Of a DNA stretch of 64,000 nucleotides, positions 59,386 through 64,000 are shown in pieces. The stretch comes from the human T2T-CHM13v2.0 reference genome, Homo sapiens. The notes beneath the pieces are model-generated. The model was not told the origin of the DNA. It saw only the letters and a program-made list of their open reading frames with translations, and made no database searches. The stretch lies in the NCBI RefSeq assembly GCF_009914755.1, contig NC_060927.1; one strand, given 5' to 3'. Position numbers and translations under genes: made by a program. Numbering within the stretch: position 1 is the first letter of the stretch; the number at the start of each line of letters is the position of its first letter.

Positions 59386-59729
59386 TGTTGTCCAAGGAAT
59401 TAACTTTCTCAATTCAAACTTTACATCTCATACAATGAGTTTAATTGTATGGTCTATACATAAATCTGATCTAATTCAGGGAATAGAATGTAACTAACTT
59501 TAATAAACTAAAAAAAATGTAAAAAAGAATGACACAGTTCAAATGAGAAACTTAAATCAACTTTTCACATTTCATGTGGTATTCTCAGGCCCAAGTTAGC
59601 CAAAAATGTGCACATAATGAGCTTCTTATACTTCAGCCTCTGCTTTATTCCTCTGCTTATTTCTCTCGTATACTTCAGACTGCTGAGTCTGTAACTGCAT
59701 TTTCTTATTTACATGCTTTTCTCTACAAT

Positions 59730-60135
59730 GATGCAATGGTTTGAATGTCTCCTCCCAAACTCATGTTTAAATTTAATTGCCATTGTAACAGTGTTAAGAG
59801 GCAGAACCTTTAAAAAGTGATTAGGTCATGAGGGCATAGCCATCCTCAAATGGATGAATGTCTTTATTGCAAAAGTTGGTTAGCTGGAGTGGGCTCCTGA
59901 TAAAAAGATAAGTTCAGCCCCCATTTTCTCTCTGTCTCATACACTCTCTTGCCTTTTCACTTTCTGCCATGGGATAATGTAACAAGTAGGCCCTAACCAG
60001 ATGGTTGAGCAGGTGCTAGCATCATGCTCCTGGACCTCCCAGCCTCTAGAACTGTAAGCCACATAAGTCTCTTTTCTTTATAAACTACACAGTCTGTGCT
60101 ATTTTGTTATAGCCGCAGAAAATGAGTTAAGATAA
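59730..60135 (+). mobile_element. MSTB-like LTR
   Basis: atggtttgaatgtctcctcccaaactcatgtt...cagcctctagaactgtaagc...ttttgttatagc. Confidence 0.85.
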
Positions 60136-62503
60136 ATGCCTCAGAGTTCTCAGTTGCCACCACTTAGATAGAAAGATACCCACTGCCATCCTTTCTATCC
60201 TTGCCCTACAAACCAAACAGGTGAAATGGGGGAGCTGCTGCTTTTTAAGCACAGCTGTTACAGACCTGAAATACCCCGTTCTTCTGTTATGCCTGTTAAC
60301 TGGGAGGGTGATGGGTTACGCAAAAAGGGACACTAGAGCAAGAACCCACAGGAGCACTGCAAAGAGAAAAACTTGGAGAAGATAGAAAATATTGCTAACA
60401 CTGTTGGGATCAGAGTGGTGTTCATTTCAATTTTGTTTCCTTTTGTGTATCCTCTAGATAAGAAAGAGTTATTGGAGAAATGATTATTTAAATCACATTA
60501 CTGGTGAATTGAGATGGTATTCAAATGGCATTTGGCCAGAGAACCCTGGGAAGTCTGAAGGCTTCAGCCGTGATTATGAGGCTGCCACACAAGGGTGATG
60601 AGGGAAATAAATGTACAAGCAAAGTGAGGCTAGGCAATATGACCTCTATTATCAGCTGAGGTGAGAGCATCCAAATCTTTGTAAGACAGAATAACTGGGT
60701 TGAGGGCTTCTTTACCCAGTTAAGTTAATGACATTAGGACATCACACTTGCCTTTTCAACTTCCATGACCCAACTGCAGCCCCTCTAAATTCAAGCTCCT
60801 TAACTTACCACTCTATTGAAACCAGAAAACTTCATTCTTCTACAGTTACAGGGAAAGTAGCCAGAGAGAAAGACAGAGAACTCTCCAGAAACGGCTAAAA
60901 CTGGTCTGGTCTAGGCTGACCTAGCCTTCTCTGGGGGAGAATACAAAAAGGTGTGGGAGAGAAATGATGATGATGAAGAAGAAGAAGGCGGCAAATTAAT
61001 TTGGCCAGTTTTAGGGGAGAACCTTGGTCTGTGTTACCCCTCAGCCAGGTCCTGAGGGTAGCAGAGAACGGACAACATGGCTGGGCTCTGGATCTCTTAA
61101 CCAAACCCAGCAGCTCCACTCACCAAGGCCAACTAAATATGCTTTCATGGAGCAAACCACATCCATAACTCTCCTCATCCTTGTAGTAGTTTCGTGAGAG
61201 GTGAGAAAACAAGTAGACACAAAGAACTGTTTCCTCCAGAGGCCACAATGTGATTAAAGAAAACATATTAGATATATGCATACACCTTCCTATGTTTAAG
61301 AGTCCTTAATGACCTTGTTTTAAGACAATTATTTTCATAAAATTACTAAAAATAATTTGATGTTACATTATAAATGGATAAAATCACTGAAAAAAAAATC
61401 AAATCTAGTTTCATCTTGATTTCCTACTTTGTCCATCCATGAAGACATATAAAATGAGTCCAATAGGAACAAGCAAACAACTTCTTTCTTGGACTCTAAT
61501 TTGAGGCATTGTTAACACAGTGATGTTCATTTATTCTATACATGGAAAAGGTGATGTCTAAAAAATTCACATGTCCATATTTTACTACTGACTTGTACAT
61601 TAAAAAATATTTTTTTAAAAAACAAGACCATGTTTCCTTTCATGCTGGATGTGAATGAAGTCTGTAGCAACCACAAAGTGTCATGTGTTAGATCTAGATT
61701 AGGAATCTGGTAATCATAGACATATTACATGATATACTGGATTTTACTCTATAATTTTTACATTTTATCACAATGGCTGTTTTCTGGGTTATCTTATAAT
61801 GAAATATTCTTGATGAAAATAATTTATTTTTACCCAACTGTCACTATTACACTTAGATTTATTTACTTTAATTATATGCAGACCCTCTGAAGCCATCTGT
61901 TAATGTCTAAATATCTATTATACTTGTTAATAGGTTTTTATTTAATATTTGGGATCATTTAGCAAAATGCATTGTTCAGCAGATGACAGAAGCCAATCAA
62001 TCTTAATTAACTAAATGGTCACCAGAGGACTATTTTAGGGAAGGATAGCAAAAAATAAAATTCTTCCAACTTGTAGGTGTAGGGTTAAAAAAACAAACAT
62101 TCAATGTAGTCCCATGTCTCCAAGGCGGGCTGGAGTGGGGATAATGATATACTTCAAATTCCATTTATAAATGTATACTACTAAACGTATCTAAGATGAT
62201 GGTGACAGCAAAAAGACAGGAAGGCAGCTAAGTATCTTAAACATGGGGAAATGACTAAAAGTATAAGGGTGTAATCATATAATGGAAAATAAAATGGCCA
62301 CTAAAAATCTTGTTTCAGAAAAATATTTAATGATGTCATAAAATGACTTCAGTATGTTATTAAGTGGAAAAAACAGTATGATCTAGACTTTAATTTTTAA
62401 AAATATGCATTTATACAGAAATGAAAAGAAAATACTGGAAGTAGATAAGTCAAATTTTAATAGTTGTTATTTCTGAGCTAAGGAATTATGGATGACTTTA
62501 TTT

Positions 62504-62621
62504 TTATTTATTTTTTTGAGACAGGGTCTTACTCCAGTTGCCCAGGCTGGAGTACACTGGTGTGATCTCAGCCCACTACAGCCTTGACCTCCCGGACTAA
62601 GGTGTTTCTCCCACCTAGCTT
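62504..62621 (-). mobile_element. 5'-truncated AluJ-type right-arm fragment with TSD
   Basis: gatgactttattt at 62491-62503 and 62622-62634. Confidence 0.8.
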
Positions 62622-62866
62622 GATGACTTTATTTGTGTACTTTTCTGTATTCCAAATCCTTTGTAATGACTATTGTAAAGGATTACATTATGGAGCTCAA
62701 TTATTTAGGAAATAAATCCCTCAGACACTTAATTCTGAAATTTGTGATTTTTTTTTTAAAAGCACCAGTGATGAAGAATAGAAATTAACTTAGAATTCCA
62801 AAAAGAATGAGTATTAAAAGGTGTGTTTTAGAGACTGTTAAAAATAAAAATCCCTTCTGTACCAAC

Positions 62867-63272
62867 CTCCCAGGCAATCATTAAGAGTCTTTTGACTACA
62901 CGATACAACACACATTAAGAGTGGATATTGCACACTTCATTTTAGAGGGAGTTTTATTTGAATTTTGACCCAACTTCATTTTAAAATGATATTTTGTTTG
63001 GAAAAGACTTAAGGCTGTTTTCTACAGATAACTTCCGAGTAGCAGTACCACCAGTCTTTAACTTCCCAAAACTTGCCAAGTGCAGCGATAAAGGTATAAA
63101 CTGTGTTTAATTAAAACCACTTGCTTTAAGTAAATGGAGTAAGAGTTTATCATTCACATCACCTCCCAACTTCTCTTATCATGCCAGCTCAGCTCTTCTC
63201 TGAAGGAGGCTACTGCTGTTATCCTTAGTGATGGAAAACGGGTACAAGGTCAACATCATCTTCTTGTGGTCA
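62867..63272 (-). pseudogene. Pseudo-exon (406 nt, several frameshifts)
   Basis: Acceptor ttctttaaactcAG, donor GTtggt. Distal frame FWEVKDWWYCYSEVICRKQP*VFSKQNIILK*SWVKIQIKLPLK*SVQYPLLMCVVSCSQKTLNDCLG ends in phase 1, matching the next exon. The proximal frame is ambiguous. Confidence 0.55.
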
Positions 63273-63296
63273 CTGAGTTTAAAGAATACACTAACA

Positions 63297-63615
<319 letters not shown>

Positions 63616-63673
63616 CTAACAGACTAACATTTTCTAGAGCTTAATTTCTATATATTGAAGAGATGAATATTAC

Positions 63674-63770
63674 TGTGATAAAATGCCGCAAAATAATGCC
63701 CCCAAATGAAGCTTATTTGCTACTTTTTCGCCGGTCTCATTCTACAGATTTCTGTGGCTATACCAAGTAG
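63674..63770 (-). pseudogene. Pseudo-exon, CRD N-terminal strands
   Basis: Acceptor tcttgtctcatctctgtcAG, donor GTaata. Reads LLGIATEICRMRP/GEKV with a 1-nt shift (cf. galectin-1 GLVASNLNLKPGECL), then KLHLGALFCG (cf. galectin-7 FHVNLLCG). Confidence 0.55.
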
Positions 63771-64000
63771 CTGACAGAGATGAGACAAGACGTGATTTGA
63801 TTGGTGACTATAAATGACTTGGCCCCCTTTCAGAAGAATATGCCAAGTCTTCCTATATTTGCTCAAATTTAACTTGCATTATGATATTGCTTTCTTTCAC
63901 ATTTAGAAGGGCTCATGTAATTCTAAAATACTGTTACATATAAAGTTTTAAAATAGTTTTTTAAGAAGCTTCACTTTAAATTTAAACACACACTTTACTG

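Overview
Human (hominid) AT-rich, repeat-dense genomic DNA with no intact protein-coding gene. The ORF track is mostly Alu, L1 and SVA translations or chance ORFs. The main result comes from manual reading of the minus strand: about 16 decayed exons bounded by AG/GT, from ~63770 down to and past position 1. Their intron phases mostly chain correctly, and their translations repeatedly resemble the galectin carbohydrate-recognition domain (CRD). This suggests a unitary-pseudogene-like relic of a gene with roughly 8-10 tandem galectin-fold domains, whereas the mammalian galectins I know have 1-2. The fold assignment is by eye against remembered galectin-1/-4/-7 sequences and needs HMM or structure confirmation. 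Its introns hold a human-specific MAST2-SVA_F1 with two stacked 3' transductions, an AluYa5, a TSD-flanked L1PA5-like element with a ~1.7 kb internal deletion, an L1PA7-like element nested in MLT1 nested in MIR, many Alus, LTRs and DNA-transposon fossils, and three local duplications. Repeat subfamily names are from memory of consensus sequences.
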